From positions 1-32,601 of IMG/VR virus record IMGVR_UViG_3300012942_000549: a stretch of 32,601 nucleotides of DNA; one strand, 5' to 3'. Position 1 is the stretch's first letter; every line of letters begins with the position of its first letter. Below the pieces are notes generated by a model that made no database searches, was not told where the DNA came from, and worked only from the letters and a program-made list of their open reading frames with translations. Shown in pieces: positions 16,402 to 25,629 of the stretch. Origin of the DNA: a virus (lineage: Duplodnaviria; Caudoviricetes). The translations under genes and the position numbers were made by a program.

Positions 16402-17613
16402 TCAGGCCTGGAGAATCAGGTCCTGATACTTGTCGGAGAACTCGTCCCAATTCTTCATGCCATTCGGGTCGAAGGTGATCCGGAAGATCGCCAGCGCCGT
16501 GCGCGAGCCCATGATGACCATTTCCGACTGGAAGTTCTTCATCATGAAGCCCAGGAAGTTGTCGACGTTCGAGTTGAACTTCTTCTTGTCCTCGGCCTTG
16601 GCGCCCTTGACATTCTGGGCATCGAAGCGGTCCTTGAGCTCGTAGCACAAGGAGGTGGTCAGCGCATACATGAGGCTGATATCCGCGCCCTTCTTCAGGT
16701 CAGTAACCTTGCCCTCGAGCACGTCGCTCGCCGCCGGCAGATTCGCCGCATTCCTGCGATACTCCAGGAACTTGACTGCGATGCCGTCGCCGACCGCACC
16801 CGCGATGAGCGCCATCTGCACCATCTCCGGAATGTTGGGGTCGCCGCGCAGAATGTCGCTGACGCTCTCCCAGGAACGCGGGGTGGGGAAACCACGCGAA
16901 GCGCTGGTTGCTTCGAACTGGAACAGCTCGTGCTTGAACGCCGAGAGGTAGCCGACCACAGCCGAGTGGAACGAGGCGCCCAGCGCGTAGGTCTGGAAAT
17001 CCTCGAAGTCGACGCGCATCTCGATGTGCGTGAAGCGATTCTGGAGCGGCGTGGGCATCTTGAACGTAGCGCCCTTGTCCGTCTCGCGGTTACCAGCAGC
17101 GATAACCACCACGTTGTCGGGGACGTTGTATTCGCCCAGCGCACCGTCGAGAACCAGCTGGTAGGAACCGGCCTGAACCGAAGGCGCCGCGTTGGGCAGC
17201 TCGTCGAGCAGGATGATTGCGCCGTCATATTCGTGACCGCTCAGCTCATCCTTGAGTGAGCAAACACGCGAACCAGCATCGCGCTTGGGCAGCAGATCCG
17301 GCACAGCCCACTGAACGTAAGCCTTGCCATCGCCGGCCTTCGACTGGAAGGGGACCGGAATACCGCGAAGGTCGGTCGGCTCCATCTGCGTGAGTCGAAT
17401 ATCGATGAGCTTGAAGTTCAGCTCATCACACACCTGCTCGACAACGCTCGACTTGGCGATGCCAGGCGCACCCCAGATGAAAAGGCCGCGCCGCTTCTTG
17501 CCGCGCTTGGCGTTCTCGAGGTTGACGTTGATCATATGCTTGATCGCGATCGCAGCTTCCGACGGCTTTACCGTCAGAGTGTCGATACGATTGTTACCCT
17601 TCGCCTTAGACAT
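16402..17613 (-). CDS. MoxR-like AAA+ ATPase
   Basis: WGAPGIAKS Walker A variant, ILLDELPNA Walker B, AAGNR, NRF, TPRSWE. Confidence 0.9.
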   Translation of the reverse strand: MSKAKGNNRIDTLTVKPSEAAIAIKHMINVNLENAKRGKKRRGLFIWGAPGIAKSSVVEQVCDELNFKLIDIRLTQMEPTDLRGIPVPFQSKAGDGKAYVQWAVPDLLPKRDAGSRVCSLKDELSGHEYDGAIILLDELPNAAPSVQAGSYQLVLDGALGEYNVPDNVVVIAAGNRETDKGATFKMPTPLQNRFTHIEMRVDFEDFQTYALGASFHSAVVGYLSAFKHELFQFEATSASRGFPTPRSWESVSDILRGDPNIPEMVQMALIAGAVGDGIAVKFLEYRRNAANLPAASDVLEGKVTDLKKGADISLMYALTTSLCYELKDRFDAQNVKGAKAEDKKKFNSNVDNFLGFMMKNFQSEMVIMGSRTALAIFRITFDPNGMKNWDEFSDKYQDLILQA

Positions 17614-17826
17614 GTTTGCTCCTTCTAAATGGCCTAACGGTTTAACCTAAACCTCAGCCAACGTAACACCAGTCGAATGCCTGTCAACCAACTTTCTGAT
17701 GGCCAGGAGTCTTCCTGATTTGCTACGCTTTGACCTCCGTTTGGGTGGCCCCGCGCTAAAGGCTGGTTAGCGTGGCATCCGAGAATGCGCAATAAAAGAA
17801 ACGGCCCAAGGGCGAACTTTTTCTGG

Positions 17827-18222
17827 TTAATTGGTGAACGCTGTAAGGAGCACGTCGAGATCGCCGACTAATTTGGCACGCATTGCCAGGTCGGGTTCGA
17901 AGAAGGTAATCGTCACAGGCAACATTGCAGAAGCACTCCAGGGCATGGAGCACATTCTATCCAGGTAGAGGATGTGTCGTGATGAGAATGTCTGCTGATC
18001 GGGGAAGACGACTGGATAGGATTTGAAGAAGCTCTCCATGATAGCTAGGCCGCCTTGGCTCAACTGTAGGCCCCTGTAACTACCATCACCAGTTCTCAGA
18101 TTCACAAACATCATCCGAATGACCTCATGATCGGTCATGGTGTCAATGTTTGTAGCTGCCGGAGCGGGCTTTGCTTTGTGTGCGCTTCTTATGGCACCTA
18201 GGAGTGATTGGTGGATAGTCAC
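17827..18222 (-). CDS. hypothetical protein
   Basis: 131 aa; GTGA overlap; C-terminal FFEPDLAMRAKL. Confidence 0.7.
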   Translation of the reverse strand: MTIHQSLLGAIRSAHKAKPAPAATNIDTMTDHEVIRMMFVNLRTGDGSYRGLQLSQGGLAIMESFFKSYPVVFPDQQTFSSRHILYLDRMCSMPWSASAMLPVTITFFEPDLAMRAKLVGDLDVLLTAFTN

Positions 18223-18506
18223 TCGGTGATGGGTTTACCACCAGTCAACTCATAGACCTTGAACTTGTCAGTCTTAAAGAGCTTGTTGAGCTTCTCGGCC
18301 AGATTGAAAGCATGGCCTGGATTGCTGAAGCTCACCTTCTTGTATTTGGCGGCTGGGTAGTTGAGGAGGCTATTGATGGAGCGAAGGTTGATTGGCTTGC
18401 CATCATAGAAAACAGCATAGATAGCCTCGGCCTCAAGGATCTGCTCTGACTTGTAAGTCTTAGGATCCGTGTAATCCAAAACAACCTTGGGTTTGGGGCG
18501 CGACAT
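18219..18506 (-). CDS. hypothetical phage protein (MSRPKP...)
   Basis: GGAGG SD; CTAAATA upstream; KYKKVSFSNPGHAFNLAEKLN. Confidence 0.8.
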   Translation of the reverse strand: MSRPKPKVVLDYTDPKTYKSEQILEAEAIYAVFYDGKPINLRSINSLLNYPAAKYKKVSFSNPGHAFNLAEKLNKLFKTDKFKVYELTGGKPITE

Positions 18507-18577
18507 ATCCAACCTCCATTAAGCACATGGATATTTAGCAAACTTGACAGGTGGGCGATCTGTGTTAAGTCAGGCAC

Positions 18578-19168
18578 ATGGATAGTCTTAAAAGGATCGT
18601 TGGTCTTACTGGTGGCATGGGTGCAGGTAAGAGCACCCTCGTTGAGGTCGTAAAGGATCTAGGAATCCCCATCTATGATGTAGATCAAGCCGTTCACGAG
18701 CTTTACCAGAACAGCCAGGTCGCTGATTACATTGGTGCGGAGATTGGTCTTGATGCGCCAGTGACTCGCCAAATGGTCGCTCAACAGGTCACCAAGTTTC
18801 CCAACCTCCTCACTCGGGTTGAGGAACTCATGATGGAGAATCTAGAACTGGATCTCCGGGGCCGTATCATGTTTGGTGATATCTCTCCCTTCCTTGTCAT
18901 TGACGCACCACTGCTCTTTGAAATGGGCTGGGCTAAGCAATGCGATTTTGTTATCGCTATCCAGTGTCCCAGAGAAATCCGCGAAGAGCGTGTCATGAAG
19001 CGGCCTGGTATGACTCAGGAGAAGATGATCCTACTAATGGATCGCCAGATCAGTGAAGCAGATCGTCTGGTCAAAAGCCATTACATCATCCACAATGATG
19101 GCGTGATTGAGTCAGCTCAGATGAAAATGCGCAATATCATCGAACACCTGAAGGGGTTATACTCATGA
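18578..19168 (+). CDS. coaE: dephospho-CoA kinase
   Basis: VGLTGGMGAGKST, DVDQAVHELY, DAPLLFE, RQ, IIHNDG. Confidence 0.92.
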   Translation: MDSLKRIVGLTGGMGAGKSTLVEVVKDLGIPIYDVDQAVHELYQNSQVADYIGAEIGLDAPVTRQMVAQQVTKFPNLLTRVEELMMENLELDLRGRIMFGDISPFLVIDAPLLFEMGWAKQCDFVIAIQCPREIREERVMKRPGMTQEKMILLMDRQISEADRLVKSHYIIHNDGVIESAQMKMRNIIEHLKGLYS

Positions 19169-19692
19169 GCACGGTCGGCCTTTACGCCGGATCCTTTGAT
19201 CCACTTACCAGGGGTCACTTGGATATCCTGAGTAAGGCGGTTCAAACCTTCGAAACCACCCATGTTGCGGTTGGTAAGAACGCCGCCAAGACCGGCTTCT
19301 TCCCCGTTGAGCGACGCCTCGAACTCATCGAGAGCGCCATCAAGGAATGGAAGAACCCGATCCTATCCCAGGCATTAAGCCATGGTCGATTGCTGATGGG
19401 CAAATACTCAGGAATCAGTATCATCAAATACGCGCATGATGTGGGTGCTACTCATATCGTCAGGGGCCTTAGACAGGCCAGCGATTTCAATGATGAGTTT
19501 TCGCTCACAGGTATAGCGGGCCGCTTGGATAGCAGCGTAATCTTCACCCACTTCATCTGCCAAGAGACCTATCTCCACGTCAGTAGTTCAACGGCTCGTG
19601 AACTCGCAATGCTTGGTGAGGATGTCAGCTGGTTGGTCACACCATCGGTTGAGCAAGCGCTCAAGGAACGGTGCTTCCAACCGGCCTATTAG
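19165..19692 (+). CDS. coaD: phosphopantetheine adenylyltransferase
   Basis: YAGSFDPLTRGHLDI, IVRGLRQASDFNDE, VSSSTARE; ATGA overlap with coaE. Confidence 0.93.
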   Translation: MSTVGLYAGSFDPLTRGHLDILSKAVQTFETTHVAVGKNAAKTGFFPVERRLELIESAIKEWKNPILSQALSHGRLLMGKYSGISIIKYAHDVGATHIVRGLRQASDFNDEFSLTGIAGRLDSSVIFTHFICQETYLHVSSSTARELAMLGEDVSWLVTPSVEQALKERCFQPAY

Positions 19693-19943
19693 TATTCGTC
19701 TCGCTCTCGGAGCCCAGCCAGTAACTCCTGGCGAGTAGCCTGACCAAACCATTTGCGGGGATTACCGCAACAATGACCTGAGCAGGGGTGAGGGGTGACC
19801 GCGTTCTTGCGGATAGCTTCTTCACCCTCTGGATCAGACCATCGGGTAAAGGGTTGATTGAACCAGCCGTTATCCTTCATCCAACGGCGAGTGCGGGCGA
19901 TCACGCGCTCCCTCTGAGCACGGCGCCAAGACCTGTTTCGCAT
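19689..19943 (-). CDS. small Arg-rich protein with PCSGHCCGNPRK motif
   Basis: GGAGG SD before ATG 19943. Confidence 0.75.
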   Translation of the reverse strand: MRNRSWRRAQRERVIARTRRWMKDNGWFNQPFTRWSDPEGEEAIRKNAVTPHPCSGHCCGNPRKWFGQATRQELLAGLRERDEY

Positions 19944-19986
19944 GTTGACCTCCACATGCCTAGGCCTCAGCGTCTATTCGCCGAGG

Positions 19987-20025
19987 TCAGGGCATGAACG
20001 GAGGATTGAATATCCAGTGGTTCAT
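19987..20025 (-). CDS. putative leader peptide MNHWIFNPPFMP
   Basis: 12 codons ending Pro-TGA; TGACCTC at its stop is complementary to GAGGTCA at the downstream SD. Confidence 0.45.
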   Translation of the reverse strand: MNHWIFNPPFMP

Positions 20026-20030
20026 ATCGC

Positions 20031-20903
20031 CTACTTAGCAGGAACCTCAATTTGAGTCAAGGTAAAGGGCGGATTCTCCCTTGGATAGCCACGAGCATTG
20101 TTGGCGTAGATGATCCCATCCTTTTGAACCATCTGTCGCTGATGGGTATGACCGTAGATCCAATGACTGATCTTCTTGTTGGTATTCTGGCCTAGAACTG
20201 ACTGAAGGCCACTGTTTACATAGCTTGGTGTTAGGGCATTCCAAACAGCATTGTTGGTCTTCCACTCCATGATATCGCCCCTTGGGCTCATGTGGGTGGT
20301 CAGAACGATGTGATTGATAGCATCATCTTCATTCGCCAGTTTGACTTGCTCAGCCAGATTAACGGCCTGAACCATAGCTAGGAATTCTGGTGAGCCGCAA
20401 TCGAACTTTGGATAGACCGAATCATTGCTGTATTGCTTCCAAGTAACACGAGCGATAATCTCGCTGATACCTCGGTCTTCGAAGCACTTCCAATCATACC
20501 AACCAGTGACGCCAAGAAACGCCACATCATCGACTACCAGGCCCGTCTCTCCATCAAGATGCCAGACATTCGGCAAATGTGAAGTCAGTTGCTTGAGGAG
20601 GGCTCCACCTTTCTCGACACTTACACCGCTATCATAGTGGTCATGATTACCGTCAATGACGGCTACGTATTCATATGATTGAGCCGCTACTTCAAGAACA
20701 GATGCCGTGGTAGTCATGGTATTCGCTGTATCTCCAGCAATGACTAGGATTCGGCTATCTGGGTTCTTGTAAACTTCCCAATCAATATGAACGAAGGTAG
20801 ACTTATAGGGCTCACCAAGCCACATTCTCTCCTTGGGGTCATGGAGTTTGGTTTCATGAAGCCAGGCATCGACATGGAGGTCAGAGCAGAAATCGATTTT
20901 CAT
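20031..20903 (-). CDS. calcineurin-like metallophosphoesterase
   Basis: SDLHVD, IAGD, GNHDHY, THMSP, YGHTH. Confidence 0.9.
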   Translation of the reverse strand: MKIDFCSDLHVDAWLHETKLHDPKERMWLGEPYKSTFVHIDWEVYKNPDSRILVIAGDTANTMTTTASVLEVAAQSYEYVAVIDGNHDHYDSGVSVEKGGALLKQLTSHLPNVWHLDGETGLVVDDVAFLGVTGWYDWKCFEDRGISEIIARVTWKQYSNDSVYPKFDCGSPEFLAMVQAVNLAEQVKLANEDDAINHIVLTTHMSPRGDIMEWKTNNAVWNALTPSYVNSGLQSVLGQNTNKKISHWIYGHTHQRQMVQKDGIIYANNARGYPRENPPFTLTQIEVPAK

Positions 20904-21112
20904 TTGAACCCACCTCCGTTGACTACAATCTCCGTAACCCTATTGGCATTCTTGAGCTCACTGATCTCTTTGAGGAGTTCATTCTCCCTAAGAAGCAACA
21001 AAGCCAAGTCATTGGCTAGATCCTGGGCTTCATCCATCGACATGACTATCTGTCTTGATTGGGCTCTGGATTGTTGCCGAACCCTATCAACAAAACGCTT
21101 TACTTGACTCAC
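20900..21112 (-). CDS. small coiled-coil hypothetical protein
   Basis: 70 aa, overlap-coupled on both sides. Confidence 0.7.
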   Translation of the reverse strand: MSQVKRFVDRVRQQSRAQSRQIVMSMDEAQDLANDLALLLLRENELLKEISELKNANRVTEIVVNGGGFK

Positions 21113-21576
21113 TGACCTGTGCTCGCTCGTAGGTTTTCCTGGGTGACCAATGAACTGATATGGTTGTTCAATTCTAGCTTACTACGGAAGGGGCCACAAG
21201 ACTCGTATTCCTGAGTCGTCTTCTGCTTAGGGCAGAAGGCAGAGGTCCAACCGTTGGGGAACTTGAGGCCCCAATAACCTGCAGCAAAGATCACCTTGCC
21301 ACCAGTCGTATAGAGGGGTGGATCCTCATTTTGAATCACGATGTGCTCGTGCTTCACAGGATAGCCATGAATCTGGCTTACCTCATCTTCATCCTGGCGT
21401 TGCTCAATCTCGAGCTTACCAAACTTCTTCTTAACTGCGTCTAGATCGTCAAACTCTAGACGACTAGCAGGGCTCATAAAGAGGTAGCCCTCTTGGGTCT
21501 TGAATAGGATACCTGATGTGCCTGATGAAGCACGAATCAACCAGCTATTGGTGGTCAGCTGGAGCATTTTACTCAT
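21109..21576 (-). CDS. hypothetical phage protein
   Basis: GGAG before ATG 21576 (MSKMLQL); FAAGYW...FCPK...GPF. Confidence 0.75.
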   Translation of the reverse strand: MSKMLQLTTNSWLIRASSGTSGILFKTQEGYLFMSPASRLEFDDLDAVKKKFGKLEIEQRQDEDEVSQIHGYPVKHEHIVIQNEDPPLYTTGGKVIFAAGYWGLKFPNGWTSAFCPKQKTTQEYESCGPFRSKLELNNHISSLVTQENLRASTGQ

Positions 21577-21580
21577 ATTG

Positions 21581-21629
21581 GAACTCCGGTTGGTCACTCT
21601 ATTTGTAGCAGGATGACCAACAGGAGTTC
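21581..21629 (-). promoter_or_regulatory. SD-sequestering hairpin with CAAATA in the loop
   Basis: GAACTCC-T-GTTGGTCA pairs with TGACCAAC-C-GGAGTTC. Confidence 0.55.
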
Positions 21630-21636
21630 AATAAAC

Positions 21637-22020
21637 TCAGCGCTTCTGGAATAGATCATCAATGGTTTGATGACCCTCAATAGAACCATCAGAATGACGA
21701 TCAACGGTCTCGGGCTTTTTCAAACCCATTGCTTCATAGGCCTTATGGAAGAAGGGGCGGGTGCGATCTCGCTCCTTATCACTATCCATATCGCCTCGAG
21801 CCACCTGAACGCCCTGGATGAAGCCGATCCACCGACTGATCTTATCAGTGGGCCATTCCATAAGATTGACTAGACACTGATCAATCATCCAATGAAGATG
21901 TTCATAACGAGTATCATCGCCTACGAAGCCCGCATCATATTCAGGATCATAGCTTGGAATCTGATCGGCCAGACCCTGTAGGGTTTGCTGAAGAGCTACT
22001 CGAAGAGGAAGGTCGTTCAC
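21637..22020 (-). CDS. hypothetical protein
   Basis: HLHWMI...DKISRWIGFIQG...ERDRTRPFFH. Confidence 0.75.
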   Translation of the reverse strand: MNDLPLRVALQQTLQGLADQIPSYDPEYDAGFVGDDTRYEHLHWMIDQCLVNLMEWPTDKISRWIGFIQGVQVARGDMDSDKERDRTRPFFHKAYEAMGLKKPETVDRHSDGSIEGHQTIDDLFQKR

Positions 22021-22448
22021 TCAGCTTCTTCCATAACGACTGGTTTGTAGTAGTCGCGAGACGCCTTGCTATCAAGGCGGTGATCGTCATTCTTATCATT
22101 GGCCCAGGCACTCACTATGTAGCCCTCGCGAGCCAGCACGTATGAGAAGTCATAATCCTCGTGGAGGTTATGAACCCGGATCAGCATCTTCTGAATTCGC
22201 CCCATAGGTTCACCAAACTCATTACAGAGCTCGTAGAATTCGACAAGGGTGTTGGTGCTATGGAGGAGTTCGTCTCGGGTAGGAAGAGCGATGATACATC
22301 GCTTATCTTCCATGAGTTGTTCAGCGGCATGGTAGGTCAGATCCACATCCTGAATTTGGCCGAAGAACTCCAGACACATCAAGGCCGTGTTTTCGGGGAA
22401 ATGGATCTTGTTGTGGTAACGACGCATATTGAGGCGCGGCTTAGACAT
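22017..22448 (-). CDS. hypothetical protein
   Basis: 143 aa, AAGGAG SD; SAWANDKNDDH. Confidence 0.75.
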   Translation of the reverse strand: MSKPRLNMRRYHNKIHFPENTALMCLEFFGQIQDVDLTYHAAEQLMEDKRCIIALPTRDELLHSTNTLVEFYELCNEFGEPMGRIQKMLIRVHNLHEDYDFSYVLAREGYIVSAWANDKNDDHRLDSKASRDYYKPVVMEEAE

Positions 22449-23018
22449 TCAGGCGATCTCCTTGAGCAATTTCTCCGTGAGACCGCGCTCACAAAGTTTG
22501 CGATTCTTAAACCGACCATCTCCTTCTGGAACTGAATAGATGAGGTGTTTCTGAACCAGTGGATGAAGTCGATCAGGAGGCCCAGAATCAGCTGGAACCT
22601 CAAATTCAGCAAGGGCTAGGTAGATACCGTTGGTATCCTTGAAGAAATCAATTTCCCACACACCCGTATTATACTGACACTCAAGGAGGAATCGCGTCTT
22701 GGTAATCTTGTGATCTGCTTCATTCCACGCCAGATTGAAATCGTCCTCACTTATCGGAGTTTCGATCTCCAGGCATCCAGGTTGGGCAGAAAGATCATGC
22801 TTATAGGTGAAGATGTATTCGACCTTCGCTACCGCAGGTGAGTTGTAGAAGACCTCGCCATTCTTGAGCCACCACTTGCGACTACGAACCCGACCACCTC
22901 GGCTCAAATAACCCTGGTTGATCTCCGCGATCGCCCTGACACCAGATTCCTTATGGAGGGCCTTATAGAGCTTATCCGGTGAACGCAGGATGTATTTGAA
23001 TTCTCTTTCGACGGGCAT
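22449..23018 (-). CDS. CYTH-domain (triphosphate tunnel) protein
   Basis: VEREFKY (ExExK), INQGYL, RVR, EIETPI, KTRF, WEIDFF, LAEFE. Confidence 0.85.
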   Translation of the reverse strand: MPVEREFKYILRSPDKLYKALHKESGVRAIAEINQGYLSRGGRVRSRKWWLKNGEVFYNSPAVAKVEYIFTYKHDLSAQPGCLEIETPISEDDFNLAWNEADHKITKTRFLLECQYNTGVWEIDFFKDTNGIYLALAEFEVPADSGPPDRLHPLVQKHLIYSVPEGDGRFKNRKLCERGLTEKLLKEIA

Positions 23019-23103
23019 GTGCAACTTTCCCCACGTTCGAGCGTTATATTGCTTGGGCAACCTTGTGAGTCAACATCTTTGTTGGTGGCCTGATTGCGAT
23101 TCC

Positions 23104-24147
23104 TCAATTGTACGACGCTTGTAAGAATACTGCGTAATCGTTCGGATGGCGCGCAATATTCACCAGGGCCATTTCTTCGCAGAATCTCAGAAGGTAGATG
23201 CCAACCTGAGCCTTCCTAGGCTGCTGAACGGCATCAAGAATAGTGGCGTCCATGAGGTCTTTAATCTCCTGAGGCTGCTCACGTAGATCAATAAGCTCTT
23301 TGTTCCGCTTATAAGCGTCCTGAACTTTGATCATGTTGCCTTCATGATCTTCCCATTCATCCTGCATGAACATTGTCCAATCAAAACCCCGACCTTGACG
23401 ATCCTCGAAGGCTTCCCTGATACCAGGCTTCTTCGAGCTACCGTTCTCACGAGCTCCTGGCTTGGCGCTCATGATGTTGTCGGATGCATCTCCACGGATG
23501 ATCTTCTTGAATAGCTCATACTGTGGATCGGGCGGGCTGATCGCCTCGGTAACCTTCTTCTTGACCTCCCTGACTTTGCCGGTCTTGCCGATCACTTTCT
23601 CAGTGGTCGTCTTCTCCTTGGAGGCTGGCTTGTCGTTCTCATCAAGAACCTCATCCTTGGTGAACGTCCACTGCTTCACACCGTCGTAGATCTTTACATT
23701 ATCTGCGAGTAGCTGATAGAAATCGGAGTCACCAGAGAAGATGATATGTTGATCATCTGGGTGAAGGTCAATCCACCGTGCGATAAAATCATCGGCTTCA
23801 CAGCCTTTGGCCTCAAGAATGGTGACATTGGTGCGCTTGCGGAGGAACTCCAAGAAGAGCTTCATCGCATCAAAGTAGAGGGCATCCTCCTCACGTTCAC
23901 TCTTAGTCTTAAGAGCATCAGCTACTCGGCGATGAGCCTTATATTCGGGGTAGACTTCACGCCGCCATGAGCCACCATCTACAGCCACAACAATGTGAGT
24001 GGCATGGAACTTGCGCCAGATCTGACGGAGGCTGTTGAAACAGATGTGAAGGGCCATACCAGCCTTAGTGGCCGCGTCTCCCTGAGTCACATGCTTACAG
24101 CGATGGAACAAATTGCTGACGTCAACGATTGCGTATGTGGCAGTCAT
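23104..24147 (-). CDS. rnh: T4 RNase H-like 5'-3' exonuclease (flap endonuclease)
   Basis: IVDVSN, SWRREVYPEYKAHR, EADDFIA, SGDSDFYQL, GDASDNI. Confidence 0.9.
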   Translation of the reverse strand: MTATYAIVDVSNLFHRCKHVTQGDAATKAGMALHICFNSLRQIWRKFHATHIVVAVDGGSWRREVYPEYKAHRRVADALKTKSEREEDALYFDAMKLFLEFLRKRTNVTILEAKGCEADDFIARWIDLHPDDQHIIFSGDSDFYQLLADNVKIYDGVKQWTFTKDEVLDENDKPASKEKTTTEKVIGKTGKVREVKKKVTEAISPPDPQYELFKKIIRGDASDNIMSAKPGARENGSSKKPGIREAFEDRQGRGFDWTMFMQDEWEDHEGNMIKVQDAYKRNKELIDLREQPQEIKDLMDATILDAVQQPRKAQVGIYLLRFCEEMALVNIARHPNDYAVFLQASYN

Positions 24148-24149
24148 AG

Positions 24150-24188
24150 GAACTCCTGAATGTCACACAAGGTAACACCCAGGAGTTC
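24150..24188 (-). promoter_or_regulatory. 17-bp hairpin sequestering the rnh SD
   Basis: GAACTCCTGGGTGTTAC pairs with GTGACATTCAGGAGTTC (three G-U pairs), covering AGGAG. Confidence 0.6.
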
Positions 24189-24203
24189 AAAGCGTCATTA
24201 TTC

Positions 24204-25058
24204 TTAGCGATACTCAGTTAGACCATCATCACGCTTAGTTCGACTATGGCTGGCCAGGGGCATAGGATTCTCCGAACCATCGTCGATAAGATCCTCCTCA
24301 TACACATTGAGCATCTGCTTCATCATGTCTTCGAACCATTTATCCACGATCTCATCGGGCGAGCTTCCAGACCAGCCCTTACTCTCTAGGAACTCAACGA
24401 AGTAGTCGTTCCAATCCAATTCAACGGCTGCTTGAACTGCATCACCAGTGATCTTCTTATCCGCACCAATGAAATCGAACCAAGGCTCCTTATCAAGAGT
24501 CGCAGTCTGCTTCTCGAATTCATTCTCAGAAATCTTGCCCCATTTGCGATCCAGAACCAACTGCTCCTTCTTGTAATCAATTGAGCTCTTATCGTCGAAC
24601 TTATGATCCAAGAGTTCCTGGTCTGCTTCCTGTTCAGTCTTCTTGCCAAACCGAACGTCTAGCTTCAGCTTTTCTTTGAAATATGCCTCGGTATCCTTGA
24701 CTTCATAGGATAACTCAAAGAGCTGGTATTCCAGATCTTCAGCCGTGATCTTACCAAACCTATTCAGATACTTGGCGATCTCTCGGGCTCTAGAAGACTC
24801 TGTGAGCTTCTCATTATTCTCAAGAAGACCCAGACCATAATCAAATTCGCCGACCTTATGGTAACGGTAATCCAGCTTGAGTTTGGCTGTGCGATATTCC
24901 TTGGATTCCTGGTCGTCATGCCTGATATCCAGGAGGCGGTAATCCAGATCCTCACCAGACCAGTAGTATTCGGCTTCAGCCTCTTCTCGGCGTTTGCCAG
25001 CCATTCCCCAATTGGATGGCCAGAAACCAAATGGAATGATGCGACGGATTTTACCCAT
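24204..25058 (-). CDS. hypothetical phage protein with internal helical repeats
   Basis: Recurrent K-L-x-L-D-x-R/K-F/W-G-K-I units; C-terminal ELDWNDYFV...IVDKWF. Confidence 0.75.
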   Translation of the reverse strand: MGKIRRIIPFGFWPSNWGMAGKRREEAEAEYYWSGEDLDYRLLDIRHDDQESKEYRTAKLKLDYRYHKVGEFDYGLGLLENNEKLTESSRAREIAKYLNRFGKITAEDLEYQLFELSYEVKDTEAYFKEKLKLDVRFGKKTEQEADQELLDHKFDDKSSIDYKKEQLVLDRKWGKISENEFEKQTATLDKEPWFDFIGADKKITGDAVQAAVELDWNDYFVEFLESKGWSGSSPDEIVDKWFEDMMKQMLNVYEEDLIDDGSENPMPLASHSRTKRDDGLTEYR

Positions 25059-25067
25059 ATTAACCTC

Positions 25068-25598
25068 TTACTTAACTGGGGTATTTACACCACAGAGGTT
25101 GAGGATCTGGGTGATACGGTCAACCTGTGGATCATTGGTAACTCTGGCGTATGGAATACCGTGATCATTGAGGAAGTTTAGGATCGTGTTGTCGACTTCT
25201 ACGGCTTCATCGGCGGTCTGATTACGGCCAATAGGCTGGTATTCAAAATCACGACCCAATAGGAAGTTGAGGTTCTCATACGAGTTCCAAACCTCCATGA
25301 GCATTGGTTCGAAGTTCTCATAATAGCCATCTGGCTTGTAGATGAGACCCAAGGGCAGAGGGCTATCAGTGACCACCCAATCGACCTTACCCTTCAGACG
25401 GCTTAGTCGGCGGTTCTGTTTGGCTATGATGTACAGCTGGTCATTCAGGATGTTTTGGCGACCTTCCCAGGTCATATCCTTGGCATACTCGGTAACCAGT
25501 TCTACCTCAATACGCCGCTTCTTCATTTCATAGAAGACTGCCGCGGCAGTGGTAGATTTACCAGCGCCTGGCCCTCCGAAAATGTTAATCACACGCAT
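25068..25598 (-). CDS. P-loop nucleoside/nucleotide kinase-like ATPase (NadR/AAA_28-like)
   Basis: INIFGGPGAGKST, ELVTEYAKD, VVTDSPL, GRNQ. Confidence 0.85.
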   Translation of the reverse strand: MRVINIFGGPGAGKSTTAAAVFYEMKKRRIEVELVTEYAKDMTWEGRQNILNDQLYIIAKQNRRLSRLKGKVDWVVTDSPLPLGLIYKPDGYYENFEPMLMEVWNSYENLNFLLGRDFEYQPIGRNQTADEAVEVDNTILNFLNDHGIPYARVTNDPQVDRITQILNLCGVNTPVK

Positions 25599-25629
25599 GA
25601 TCGTCCTCGTTCTCTTGCGGGTTCGATCT

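Noticed and set aside
15052-17259. Long plus-strand ORFs 15052..16002 and 16357..17259
   Set aside because: Antisense shadows of the codon-biased VWA and AAA genes; no motifs or SD.
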